This document shows positions 11,567-52,351 of a stretch of DNA of 64,000 nt, piece by piece. The stretch spans positions 10,612,698 through 10,676,697 of the forward strand of contig OZ037765.1 of assembly GCA_964035545.1 (NCBI GenBank), read 5' to 3'. How positions within the stretch are numbered: position 1 is the stretch's first letter; every line of letters begins with the position of its first letter. Both the position numbers and the translations under genes were made by a program. The stretch comes from Bugula neritina. Its lineage: Eukaryota > Animalia > Bryozoa. The notes beneath the pieces are model-generated. The model worked only from the letters and a program-made list of their open reading frames with translations. It searched no databases and had not been told where the DNA came from.

Positions 11567-14500
11567 CTACACAATGGGTTTGCCATGCTGCATTGTCATG
11601 TTTTGTTTTTTTAAAGATGACTCTTCTTGCCTGAACGCCAGCTTTGTATTCTTCTTTTCTACCCGTCTTTCCTATTAAAATAAAAAATGTGCTTGCAAGT
11701 GATAATTATATATAGAATGCCTTTCACAAAGCAGTGTATTTTTGTAGAATAGGTTGAACTTCTTGGTAATAGCTAATTGCAAACAGTGAAGATAAAGAAC
11801 ATGGGATCAGATAGAAGATGCATTTTCTGAACAGATCAATTGAAGCTGTCAATTTTCAGTGAGAAAAGCAAATAGAGCACAGCACAAATGTATAGCTTGA
11901 AGAAATTGCTTTACTAAAAATAATACTGGATGAATAATAACAGCTATATTAGCATTTTGAAAATATGCCCGTGATTTTTGAAAATCTTGCAGAGATTGAA
12001 ATTTATATAGTGTACTGTTAGATACAAACCTTTCGTTCTGCTTTGACAGCAGCTTTTCTCTGGCGTCTCTCTTCACTTTGCTCTCCTCTTTTTCTAACTG
12101 GTGCAACAAGCACTTCCTCATTTAGGTTATCTAAAGCCCGCAACTGCTTTTTGGTAAGGCCCCTTGATTGAATGGACTCCACAGGTATACCCAACTTTTT
12201 AGTTAATTCAATCTTTTTGGATGAGTTCTATAATAAACCCAACATTTGAACTTCTTCAAAGCAATGCAAAACGCATGTAATTCATTGCTGCTTAATAAAA
12301 TACAGAATGGTGGGCTACCTTTTTTTTCCAAGGATCTTCAATAACCTTTGGATGATTGTATATATCAGAATAAGTACCTGCATAAAAATAATACAAATGA
12401 ATGATGCAGCTGTTTAAAGATTGTCAATAGTATTAAACACCATGACAGGATTACAAATGTAAGTAATAACACTATCGCAGGATTAAAAATGAAAATAATT
12501 GCGCAGCTGAATGAACAATGAACCAAAAAACTTACTCAGAATGGATTCACAATCCCATTTACTTGTATTCCCTTCATCCACCACAACTACCTCAGTCATT
12601 TCTTCTTCACTTTCGTCATCACTTTCCATATCTACTTGTATATCATCTCCATTTAGCTCTGAATCAGGCAGGGTACTAAAGTAAATGAGTTTAAAGATTA
12701 GTAGAGTGCAATTAAAATAGTTTAATAATAAATCTATTTTTATTCATTACCATTTCTAGAATAAACAGTGGCATGGTGGAATATTCTATGCTTTGTTTTA
12801 TAAAAGCTTGTCTATTTAGCACAACTACGAAAGAGTTGTTAACAAACCGGATTTTTAGCATCACAGCAACGAAAACATGAAGAAAACACGTTTAAATGGC
12901 ATACGCTAAAGTTTAGATACAATACCAATAACAATGCTTTTCTATAACGTTATCAATTATTAAACAAGGATTTGACCCGTGTTTTGCTTAAATAAAAATA
13001 TGGTTCCAGCGCAATTTTTCTGAACAAAATTTGTACAGCTTTTATTAATTGCATGACTCTGTGAAATATTGTACACCGAATATTCAAAACACTCAATTGG
13101 CTCACAGTTGGACACAATGAAAGTAACAAGTAAGTAATATAAATTGCCAAGACTATACATAATATAATACTTGAATTCAATTAGCAATTAAAAACATACA
13201 CTTTGACTTGTTGTTTTTCAAATTGCTTCAGCAAGAAATCCATAAGGGGACCATCAGTACCAACTTTCCCATCAATTTCTTCATGATCCAAAGCACCAAT
13301 TTCCTCTTCATCATATTCAGCATACAACTGCGAAACATTTAAATGTCAATTTCTAGACATGCAATACCTATATTAATAGGAAAAGATAACAGCCCATCTG
13401 TAATCAGTGTCATCTCGTAGCTGGAATACAATTGGTAACAAAACATTTGCTAACAATAATTTCTGCTTTCCAATATACAGCTGGTGAATAAAAATTTATA
13501 AACTACATACTCACTTTTTCAAATTTATCGTCAAGAAGTGTAAGGGCAGCATTTCTGTTCACAACAGAGCTACTCATTGAGTAACTAGTGAACCTAGTTT
13601 TAGCCTCATCCTCCGAGAAAGACTCCATTGAGCCAATCTCATCAAGATCCTCACCATCAAAGTCTGAAGATATATATCCATCTCCTTCCTCCCTGAAGGT
13701 ATTAGAGGCAGCCCCACATCTGAAGAAAATAGCCTATCTTATCATTTTCTGATGATGGTGGTGCTACCAACACATGAAAGTATTATACCCTTTATCAAAA
13801 TTTATAGTCAACATTCCATCTGTGTGCGCGAGTGTGTGCGTGTATACAATTAAACTGCTACTCAAGAAATATACTTTTAAAAGTGGGCAAGTTAACAAAT
13901 ATATAAATATATACCTAATACTCTGACTTAATAACAAACTAAATCACAACAAAAGCTATAATAAAATTAGTTAACCACCTAAGTTAAACAGTAATACTTT
14001 GTAAGTTAACATTTTGACCTGCATGGCTGTAATTAGGGCTCAGAGCTGAATACCAATTACCCAGTCTGCCAGATTGTATCATTACATCTAGTTTTAGTGA
14101 TTGGAATAGCAACAAGTTAAGGAACATGGTTCCATTTGAACTACAATATGCTTGCAATATGTATGCTAAACGAAAAGACTTCAATTTACCTCCTTTACAC
14201 ACACTGTTAATCCGATTTGATCTACGGAATGGTCACACATAAACTGCAATGACAAACACACCTTTCAGCTGACGGTAACATTTGCTCCTCAAGCCATTTG
14301 CTTTGCCTATCACCGACACTCATGTCGTCTTGAGACATTTCATCTCCGCTGTGATTAGCCATAGTTACAAAGTCATCATCTAGTTCTCCATCAATGCTTT
14401 CCTCATAATCACTATCAAGGGCAGCAACTATATCAGGATCCCAGTCTATCTTTGGCCCTAAAAGTACAAGCTTTGCAATAAACAACTGATTAGTAAATTT

Positions 14501-15287
14501 ATTGTTTGGTAAAGAATCGCATTGTTATACATTTTATAAACTAAGTAAGTTTTTAATTGAACTACACAAATAACTAAAACTAGCAGTACCAGAGACAGGA
14601 GCAGCCAATTCCAACATGCCAATTTTTTCTTCAGTTTCAGAAGGTAAGACTTCTGCAGGTAAAGTAACTCTCGACTGAAATAAAAACAAGTAAACATTGA
14701 TTAAAGGACATGACTCGTCAAAGAAGGTATACTGGACTACATAAGCAGATCATTGTCCGGTTTCTCACCGCGGCAGTAGAGCCAACTCTGAATAGTTCCA
14801 AATCTTCTGAAGGTTCAACTTGATTCATTTGTTCGACTGTCCTCATGTGCTGCTCATAATTATATTCATCATCATAATAAATGCCCATAGTAGCTAGGCG
14901 CTCTTTCTTAGCAGCTTGTGCCAACTACAACATATAACACAAACTCAACTTTAAATGTGATAAGTCGAGCAACAAAACTGGCCCACATAAACAAAGCTTT
15001 CTAGCATTAGAGATTTTTGAAAGTGAGCGTTTCAACAGGGTACTAACTTTACAAAATAATAAGCCCACCTCATCACCGGTGACAAGCACCATTCGAGACG
15101 CATCTTCATCAGCTTGCAGGGGATCTTTCTGACTTCTATGTATTAGTTGATATGTAATGGCATTCTTTTTATCTATGAACTTTTTCTTTTTTCTAGGCTA
15201 AAAAATCATTAATAATTTTTGGGTGCCTAAAACTAAACTTAATAGGATATTGTTGCAAAAAGTTGCCAAGAATTATTTACATACCAT
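11567..15287 (-). CDS. LTV1: Protein LTV1 homolog, 40S ribosome biogenesis factor (~11 coding exons)
   Basis: ATG-only exon 15287-15285, then 15197-15069, 14924-14769, 14674-14590, 14457-14262, 13719-13515, three short exons within ~13328-12319, 12227-12030 and 11671-11567. Motifs: MPRKKKKFIDKK..LIHRSQKDPL, GIYYDDEYNYEQH, DPDIVAALD, TRFTSYSMSSSV, YDEEEIGALD, KWDCESIL. Confidence 0.95.
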
Positions 15288-15949
15288 GTTGAAGAAATAA
15301 AAGAATCTGTATAACGCCTTTTCAGTCTATTCCGTAGCTCAAACAAACTACAAACAGAATTGTCATAAATAAACTGCAACAAACAAAATACAGGCATTAC
15401 CATGATGGTGAATTACAAAACTCAATAATAAACTTAGGCAGCTTTATTCGCAAAAAAAACGTTAACAAAGCTTGAAAAACAAATGAAAACTGTATTGATG
15501 GGTATTAAACGATAACAGCTACCATTATACATTATTACTGTTGCTAGACTTCAAGTTATCTTACTGAGCCTGCAACAGCGGTAAAATTTGACATGTGACA
15601 GCTTTCTTACTTCTGATAATTTATAGCTATATTTTTTGACCATTTTATTATTGATGACAATTAAAATAAGAGCCAGCGTTATTATTGAATGGGTAAATAA
15701 ACTGTCTAAGTCTTCTACAACTTTTTAAATAAAACTATAAAAATTGCTACATTAACTTCACTTGAAAACAATAAATCCAAAAAATAATAATCTTTTCAGA
15801 TGGATACTGATGTGGGAATTGTAGCAACATGCATTATAACAGAGCGCATAAATAATGAATGAAGGGTAAATTAGCTCGCCATAAAGCAATACAAAAGCTG
15901 CTTAGCATAAGAGTATAAAAATCTAGTTGCAAATGAGCTTAAATAATTT

Positions 15950-16633
15950 ATTTGAACTATCAATGTACTAATTACTGGAGTTAGATCAATATGGTCATGA
16001 GTATCAGCACTCGAGTACCAGTATGCGATTGAGTAGCGCAATCAGTTACACCATCATTATGATTATCATTATGAGTATGTGTATTGAATATGGATTATGA
16101 TTACTAGTATCAGTATGACCATCACCATGCCGCATGCGACATGTCATTGTGATGGTTTATCATTATGACTGTAAGTATTATGGCTGTAAGTCACTAAGTG
16201 TAGGATTATCACTATCACTATGACACTGAGTCTGATTATCACTATGAGTTAGAGCATCAGTAGGCTATGATTATCATTGTGATTATGAAGTGATAATCAT
16301 TTTTATTGTTATTATGATAATCAATAATCATAATGATTTTTATGATGACTTTGATTTAGTTTTATCATAAGTATCCAAGTATTACTATTAATATTAGTAA
16401 TGCTGTATTACTATTAATATAGACATGGTCACATACTGATATTGATTATTGATACTCATAATTTAACGTTAAGTTGTTTGTAATTGAATTTAAAGTTAAA
16501 TCTAATGTTACAGTAAAACTAAAAGTAAATGTAATACTCTAAATCTAATAGTTATTAGTTATAGTTATACTAAGAGTAAGACTAATACACATACTTACAG
16601 TTATACTTGTAGTATTACTATTAGTTAGTAATA
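15950..16633. repeat. Cryptic hexamer-periodic block (consensus about A-N-T-A-T-S)
   Basis: attatg attatc attatg agtatg ... agtatc agtatg accatc accatg ... attatc actatc actatg. Confidence 0.85.
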
Positions 16634-19435
16634 GGCCCATCTCAAAATATTTAGTACACACAGAAAAAAATTATCAAAAAATAAAACTTGTAGTAGAAAG
16701 CTCAAACTTTGTGATAAGGGTAATTATCAGGTGCTGAATTCAAATATGAAATTATTTTTTTGCTATAGGTGCTTAAACTTGACCTTTAACCTCTCAAAAG
16801 TCTGCAGTCCAAAAAAATGGTGAAATATAAATGTTTATATTTTAATAAGCAAAACATGGTTTTAGACTAATATAAGGGCTCTGAATTAAAAAAAAATACT
16901 AGTTTTTATCTGTGATAGACACATTTATACCTTTGGCTCTATAAAGTCAACACCCAAAGAAAATTTATTAAAAATATTGCAGCATAAAGAGACAAAAGTT
17001 TTATGATTGGTTTTAAACAGAATGACTTTATTTTGGAAAATAATTTTCTACAGACTAAACTTTTAAAATTGACAGCATATGCATACAGCAGGTGCCTTTC
17101 CAAACCATCTATGAGGTAGGCTAATAGCTTGTTACTTTTTTGTATAAATTGACAGTTCACCAGTAGTCCTATTATATCGAGTACAAGACATTCACACAAA
17201 CAAAATGCATGCACAAAACATAAAATATTGTCAACAAACCATGAAAAACATATTCACTAACACACTTCCTTCTACCTTATCTACACTCACATCTCCTCCT
17301 ACAAAAAACAGTAAGACAAATTATAGAATGTTTGCTAATGTTGATGTACACATTTAAACTTTCATCATTATTTCACAAGTAGCAGTTGCAGAAACCATGT
17401 GAGCTTGAGCTGATGTTATTGCAGCCCTCTCAATATTTTGCTAGTTGTAGGAGTAGATTGTTTAGTCTACATTTCTATTGTACTGGCTTCATCGTAAGAT
17501 TTATCTAAACTTAATTAAGCTGTATATTTCAAGTATGATTTTTATTTTAATCGCTCTTCTGAACTTTCAATTTGTCTATACTTGTTCAGATGTTGACATA
17601 CTCCTCAGTTGTTGCTTCCTTCTCTCTTGCTGCACTTCGGACCACTGCTTTTTTCTGATGAAGCATGGCTCCTAGCAGTGGACTGTTGCCTGGTCTTGAA
17701 AGGCATAGAACTATTCTATACAATATAAAAACTAAAATATATGAGTTTTTTAGTTTGGTAAGCTATTGAGACTAATGCTTAGAAGAATGAGGGTTAGCTA
17801 TAATCTAAGTTATTGGCTATTAATAACTTAATGAATAAGATAATGAAACTAAATAGTTGCAAAACAAGAGCTAGCCTACAGAATAAAGTTGTATTTAAAT
17901 TGACTATTAGTGTTACAAGCTATTACACTATTGACAAGTTGTTAGCAATGATTAATTTGCTTAAGTACCCGTAGCGTACATGTCCGTAGTATAACTTACT
18001 CATTCAACTTAGACCTAAGGAGCTAATCCAAATCACTATTATGTACTAAGTAGATATATTAACATATTAATATTATTGCAACTTATTCCTAAATTTCTAA
18101 TTAAATTAAATTTATCAAGTGCAAACTATAAAAAATGCCAATAAGCAGGGATCAAGCACTCAGAGTGAGAGTAGTGAGAGTAAGAGTAATCACTTAATGT
18201 TTATGTTATTAAGAAAAGTAATACTAATAGTAATAGTATTAGTATTGGTAATATCATATTGAGTTCAATATCATTACACTTACAGTTTGAATTTACACAT
18301 CGCAGTTTACAATATTCAGTATTGACTATTGAATTCAAAATGAATCATTAAATGGTGAATGGCTACTACAATTTCAATTTGAATTTTAAGTTGCTGATCG
18401 CGACAATAAAAGTTTTAGTTGAATATAAATTATGGCAATTCAAAACTAAAGTTTAAATACGCAAGTGCAATTTAAACTTAATGCATTAAAAAGTTATTTA
18501 CTTAGTTATTTAGTTCTTATTTCCCCATTATCATTAATTTTAAATTATTAATAATAGAAATGTTATGATAAACTTAAAGAGTTACTCGTTATCGTTATGA
18601 TTGGGATTATCATTGTAAGAATTGATAAAACAAAAGAATAAAGCCTTAGAGAAAAATTGACTGAAAGTTATATTGTTTGATAAATATAAAAAGTTATGAG
18701 AAGTTTGGAAAAATACAATTAATACTAACCTGACGAAATAAATGAAAACTAAACCGCTATGCCATCAGATTATTTTCTTGGCAACAAACCGGATGCGCTA
18801 ATATACTCTAAATTCTAGAAGTTTCAAGCTGACTTTATTTATGAAAACAAAATGGGATTACTGTGTAATTATTTTATACTTATGAATAAACAGAATAAAA
18901 ATATATTTCTTGTTGTAAAAAATGAGTTTGAGCAAAATAATAAAATTTAACTATTTTATTTGAGAGTGTAAACAAAAAGCGTTAGCAATTTCGTTCTCAC
19001 GTGCTCATACTCAATTTACGGACAATTGTTGCGGACAAAAAATTCGTGAGGTTGAAACACTAAAACAGGAATATCTAAACTTGTACTGCTAGGAATTAGA
19101 CATTCAGCACACCAAGAGATTGACAAGCTTTTTTAGAACAGTTTAAAGAAAAGAATATAATCATAATATATATTTATAAGAAAGTTATGCTATGTCAAAG
19201 TTGAAATGTGTTACCCACTGAATTTATTTTTCAGTGGGTAAAATTTATAAACTTGTCATTTTTTCAATAAAAAATGCATAATATAGCTTAAATATACTAA
19301 TTTTATAATAAATTAAAATGTTTTTTATTCTGGGACACAGTGAGTTTACATATTTGAAGCATCAGAGAGCTAGACAACATCATTTTTGAAAACCTGTCCT
19401 TATTTTGCACTGTACTAATTATTTTGAGATGAGCC
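16634..19435 (-). mobile_element. 2.8-kb DNA transposon derivative with ~25-bp TIRs and a 4-bp TSD (Sola-like by TSD length only; unconfirmed)
   Basis: Left end ggcccatctcaaaatatttagtaca matches the reverse complement of the right end, ggctcatctcaaaataattagtaca. AATA flanks both ends. Subterminal gtgctgaat motifs occur in inverted orientation. A decayed minus-strand reading frame starts MPFKTRQQ at 17706. Confidence 0.8.
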
Positions 19436-22250
19436 AATACTAATAGCAAATGTAATACTAATAATAACAGTAATGGTAAGTTAGTAAATCACTAAAACTA
19501 AAAGTAAATGTAATAGTCCACCTAACAGTAACTGTGAGTTAACTACAACATTAAATTAATTTTATAACTGTTCAATTAATGAATATAAGTAAAACTAACA
19601 CAATAGCAATATGAATAACATTATGATTATGATTAACTTTAAACTCACTAAGTCTAACTGTAAGTGTAATTGTCAGTATGAGTATTAACTATAACTTAAC
19701 AGTAACAGTAACTAACTATGATCAAATTCAAATATATTTTATTATTATAATTTTATTAATTTAAAATTTAAATTTAATATTCAATATTTATATAATTCAT
19801 ATTCATATAGGTAAATGATAATCATAATGCCAATGATAATCCTAAGGCTAATGATTAGATTTGAATTAAAACCACTGCACACACTAATTCTAAAACATCA
19901 AAACACAGTTATTCAAGATGAAATTTAACAATTAGTTTTACTGATACACTTTACTTTATTTTAATCTATCCCTAAAAGTACATGGCATTACTGATACATT
20001 TAAGTTAAAGGTAATTTACTGATTGCATATACTTTTACTTTTAGTTATCACTGCATGCTCATGCTGATAAAATGAGATTGATGGACGTAGTTGCATGCTG
20101 GAAGCGAGCAGTATCGATAGTTAAGTGTAGTTTTGTAGGCAGTATTTTACCTGCATTAGTGAGTCCAGTGTTAAGAAAGGTTTTATCTCCGTTTATTATT
20201 TAGCTCACAGTTTTATTGTTTACCAATAGAGTTATCTTCTCACATTATTGTTTTATTGTTTCATCATCAGAGGCAGCGGTCAAGTATTATATAATCGAAG
20301 AAGGAGTGGCAATGAAGAGCTCAAACCACAAAACTAACGCTACTTAAGAAGATAACTCTATGTTCCAAACTAAAATTGGTAGGCTTGTGTGAAAGAGATA
20401 AAAAAGAGCTTCACTGGGTACTACTGACCTGGGAATCTTCATCTCCACCACAATTTATCATAGTAATAGTAATACTAGTAACAACAGTAATCTTTGTTAG
20501 TTTCAAATAGAGCTATTTGATTTACCCAGTCCTTTAGTAATATTATTACTATTAGTATTAGCATAACGATAAGTTAAAAGTATACTCATACTAATAGTTA
20601 TAATAGGAATATTATTATACTAATGTCTACTACTTAAGAATACAGTAGTCGTAGACGTAGTACACTAATTTACTGGTACAGTAGTACTAGTACTAGTAGT
20701 AGTAGTAGCACTAGTAGGACTACTACTACTAGTACTACTACGTCTACTGCACTACTACTACTAATAGTAATACTAATAGTAATACTACTATTACTATTTG
20801 TGCTAGTACTACTACTAATACTAGTAGTAGTAGTAGTAGTAGTAGTACTCTAACTCTACTGTCTCTAGTACTAGGTCTAGTAGTAGTACTCTTACTCTAG
20901 TACTATTAGTACTAATTATCTAATAGTAACTGTAATGCTAATGCTTATACTAAATAACTCATAGCAATACTAAATAACTAATAGGAATACTAATAGTAAT
21001 ACGAAAAATAAATCAAAATGGCTATTATTATTACTATTAGTATTAGGTATTTGGCATTAGTTATGCTTATACTTTGACTTTGAGTATTACTATTAGTATT
21101 ATACTGTCAGTTATACTTATATTTTGACTTATAGTTATATTCAATAACTTAAAGTTATACTAGTTATGGAGTTGCAGTTGAGTTATTGCTTATATTTATG
21201 ATAATAATTAAATCACTTATAATTATTTATTATATTTACATTATTTTTATTAATATTAATTATTAACTTATACTTTAACTTTTAGTTATTAATGTTAACA
21301 GCTATTTACTATAACTAATACTATTGCTTATTAATATTAGTTTAGACTTACTCATTTACAACAAGTATTAGTATTACACAAGTTTATAAGTATATACTTA
21401 ATCTTTTAAACTTGTGGAACAGTCATACAAATACGTGTACTAAGTGAATAAGTCTAAATTTAAGTAACTTATACAGTTCTAGCAGTATGGCTTATGAGCA
21501 TGAACATTAGTATTATATAATTATAATGCTAACAGTAAGTGTAACTATAACTATTAGATTTAGTATTGCTACTGGTATTACAAAGTATTACATAGTGAAT
21601 GATTTTCTGTGATCTGTTTGATATTGACATTGCAATTGGTATAAGTATTACATTTGTTATTAGTAATAATAGTATAAGCATTAGCATTACTATTATACCA
21701 AATCTAATACTTATACTCACATAATGATAGTATTTTAATATTAATAATCAATCAGAGCAATGAAATTTCAATCGTAATTATAATAATTTTATTTTTAATT
21801 TCACAAATGCTTTAAGTTTTAGCATTTCCTCTGTTGTCCTGAGGCCGATTATGATTTCAGTGTAGATCACAGTCAAACATCGCCATGCCCATAGACCCTG
21901 GATCAACCGTTGAATTTTAGAACTGTGATTGATTGTCACCCGTTTAATTTTTTTCCATTACAACCTTAGCTATTAACATTATTAATATTGATTTTTCCAG
22001 TTTCACACTCAGAATAATTAATGTAGTTTAAATGAATATTACAATCGTTTACGGTATGACTGTATGAGTGTATTGTAATCATTAGAAATAGATTATAAAT
22101 GTAATATCATTACTGATACCATTACTAATAGTGAAAGTTATAGCCTATTTAATTTTATATGACTGTTTCATGCTAATAGTAATACTGTAAGTGTAACTGT
22201 AACCATATGCATATCTTGCAATGACCATTACTATGTGCTGAAACCCTTCA
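19436..22250. repeat. Long cryptic 3/6-nt periodic region, including (AGT)n/(ACT)n runs at ~20640-20900
   Basis: agttat acttat attttg acttat agttat; agtagt/actact arrays; interrupted by two GC-richer islands. Confidence 0.85.
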
Positions 22251-23919
22251 GATATATTAACTTGTTAACACCAATATCTCCATGCAAACCCTAACTTCTA
22301 TTTTTACTTTACTTTACCTTTTTAGTTGCAAGTTTTTACCAGTTGCGAAAATAGAGGCAAATTAACCATTTAACTGCCATATGTCATTTGAAGTATATAT
22401 TTCTTGCCTTAAATCAAACCCTGCATAAAAATTAATTTCTCAAAGGCTTTTATGGTACGATTGTCACAATTTTAAGCCTATACTTTTTAGTGCGCTGCAG
22501 TTGTGCTTTAATATTGTGTCACATTTCAGTAAGTTAGTTGAAAAAAAAATTAAAACTAGCATTGGCAGTTGCAGCAAAGCAATGCAACATTAAATATAAA
22601 TTACTATTCTGCTTTTAGATGGGTGGTGGACAAGTTTAGAATCTTCTGTAATTTTTTTCAGTCACTTTTATCCGAATGAGACCACAGCATCTATAGAATC
22701 CTGACTTCTCTGTGGAAGAGCCTTGATAATGAAGATTTAGAATATTTAGTACATGAATAGGTATGTGCTTATTTATGTTCAACAGCATCTTAGAACCTAA
22801 CATGAAACGTTCTCTGTGTTTTAAAGCTCATCACATTATAAATGTTATTTTCAATGTTTTTCAAAGATTTTGTTATCTGGTATTTTTTTTATATTGTAGA
22901 AGTTTGATATGTGTGTCTAGTATAGACATTATTTGATGGGCATCACATAATAAATTTTATTTTTTAAGGAGAGTAAAAATGTCACATGATTGCTATAATT
23001 GATTTTGAAAGGTTAATTTTTATGATTCTAAATCATTTATAAAATTATAGTGTCTGTTGTATAGTCTTCATGCATAATACTAGACCTCCTGGTGGAGTTA
23101 TTGGGATCCCATCAGTCATATAAAGGGGAGGGGGCGCCTCATATCTTATTGTAACAGTAGTATACCTTGTGGTTTAGATTTATATTACTTGTGGAACCCC
23201 CCCCAATCTCTCTTGTCGAAAAATATGCTGTTTTGTGAGTCATTAATAGAAACTGGGTCATTTTACTCAATTTAGTACACATTCGAAATCTCCAGTTTTT
23301 AGCTATTTTTCCCAATTTAGCTGCTAATATATATGGGTTTTTGCCTAAAACTAATAGCATGTCAATAAATACAACTAAATAGTCAAGGTTATTTTTAATT
23401 TTGCTTAATATCCCATGTTTTTCCTAATTATTTAGCTAATTTGGATTTGCAGACCGTTACAGTTTTTTTCGTAACGGTAGCACATATATAATATCAAGTG
23501 CATATGACAATGACGTGTGCTTTAATGTTGGGGAATCCCCTCCCAGCCTTTTCTGTTATGCATAATGAGAATCGGCACATACAAATACCACGTATAGTAA
23601 ATTTCAATGAATTTTGAGCAAACTTTAATGTTAGGTCATAATTTGCTGGTGTGTACTAAATGAAGTAAACTGACTCAACTAGTCTGTTTTATTCTGTAAT
23701 TTGAGCTTCCTTTTAGGTAAGATTTAGTAGTTTACTATGACTGCATAAAGTCTACTCAAATAAAGGTTCCATTTGAAGGACTAACAACCCTGATGTGTAG
23801 CTTTGTTTGTTAGTATTTGTTTTATTAGTATTTTAATTTAATTAATAGAATTAAACAACAGCTGTAATCAAAGAAGGGGGTGAGTAGTGGCACAAAGTGG
23901 ATGCCTAATCAACTCAATA

Positions 23920-51394
<27,475 letters not shown>

Positions 51395-52351
51395 TTCAGG
51401 ACTTTCTGCTAAGGGAAGAACAATTAACAGAGACAAAATGCATTATAAAATTAATATATTATTGGGAAATAGTAAAGCTGTAATTAGTTTTATCTAGCTA
51501 AAAATAGCTTTTATCTTGCATACTATGAACTGCGACTATGATTTACAGAATTATCAACAAGACTCATCAGATTTGAATTATAAAAACTAAAGTCATGAGT
51601 GATCATACTGAAGCACACAAAACTATTGAGACTAAATTGTTTCATACATGTAAAGTATTCGTCTTTAGTTTTTAGTACATTATAGGCTATTTTATTTTTA
51701 TTCATACTATATTTTGTTGCTTTATTAAAAATATATGATATTAAAACTGTGCAGTTTAGTTTTCAATATGTTGTCTTTTCTACCCTTTCATAATTGCCAA
51801 AGCTTTGCTGAAAAATAGTCAATTCAGCTTTATTTATTATACATTGTAATGTATATAATATATACACATTTATTTATAATCTAATAAAAATTAAATGTAC
51901 AAATACAGTGTTATAACCTTTTATTACTAGTAACTGAAAATCATTGCTCAAATGATATTTCTAGTGAAATAAACAATAATGCAGATACAACAAGCAAAGC
52001 AGCATGAAGATGCTGTCACATGGACGGATTTCTGCTAAAACTTTGCACAAATGGCAAAACCGGGCAGTTTTGTGCGAATTCTATATGGTAAATATGCTAA
52101 ACAAATAGCATGAAAAGTTCTTGTGGTAGTGATTTAGTTGGCTGAGTTCACTTTTTGGATTTCTATTTTCATTCCTATCATTGAGAATAGTGAGCGATAT
52201 TTCAAAATGAGACAACTTATAATGTGGCGTAAAGCCATTGGCAAATGCATTTGGTCACTTTAGTTTTGCTTTGGCTAGCAAAGTATTATGCAGGTAACTT
52301 CTGTACCGGATTTTCACTTCATGAAAAATACCGATCCAGGTGGCCAGACTT

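Noticed and set aside
22662-22760. Frame with an in-frame TGA (possible selenocysteine or readthrough)
   Set aside because: It is short, ends in TAG at the donor, and has no recognisable homology or SECIS element.
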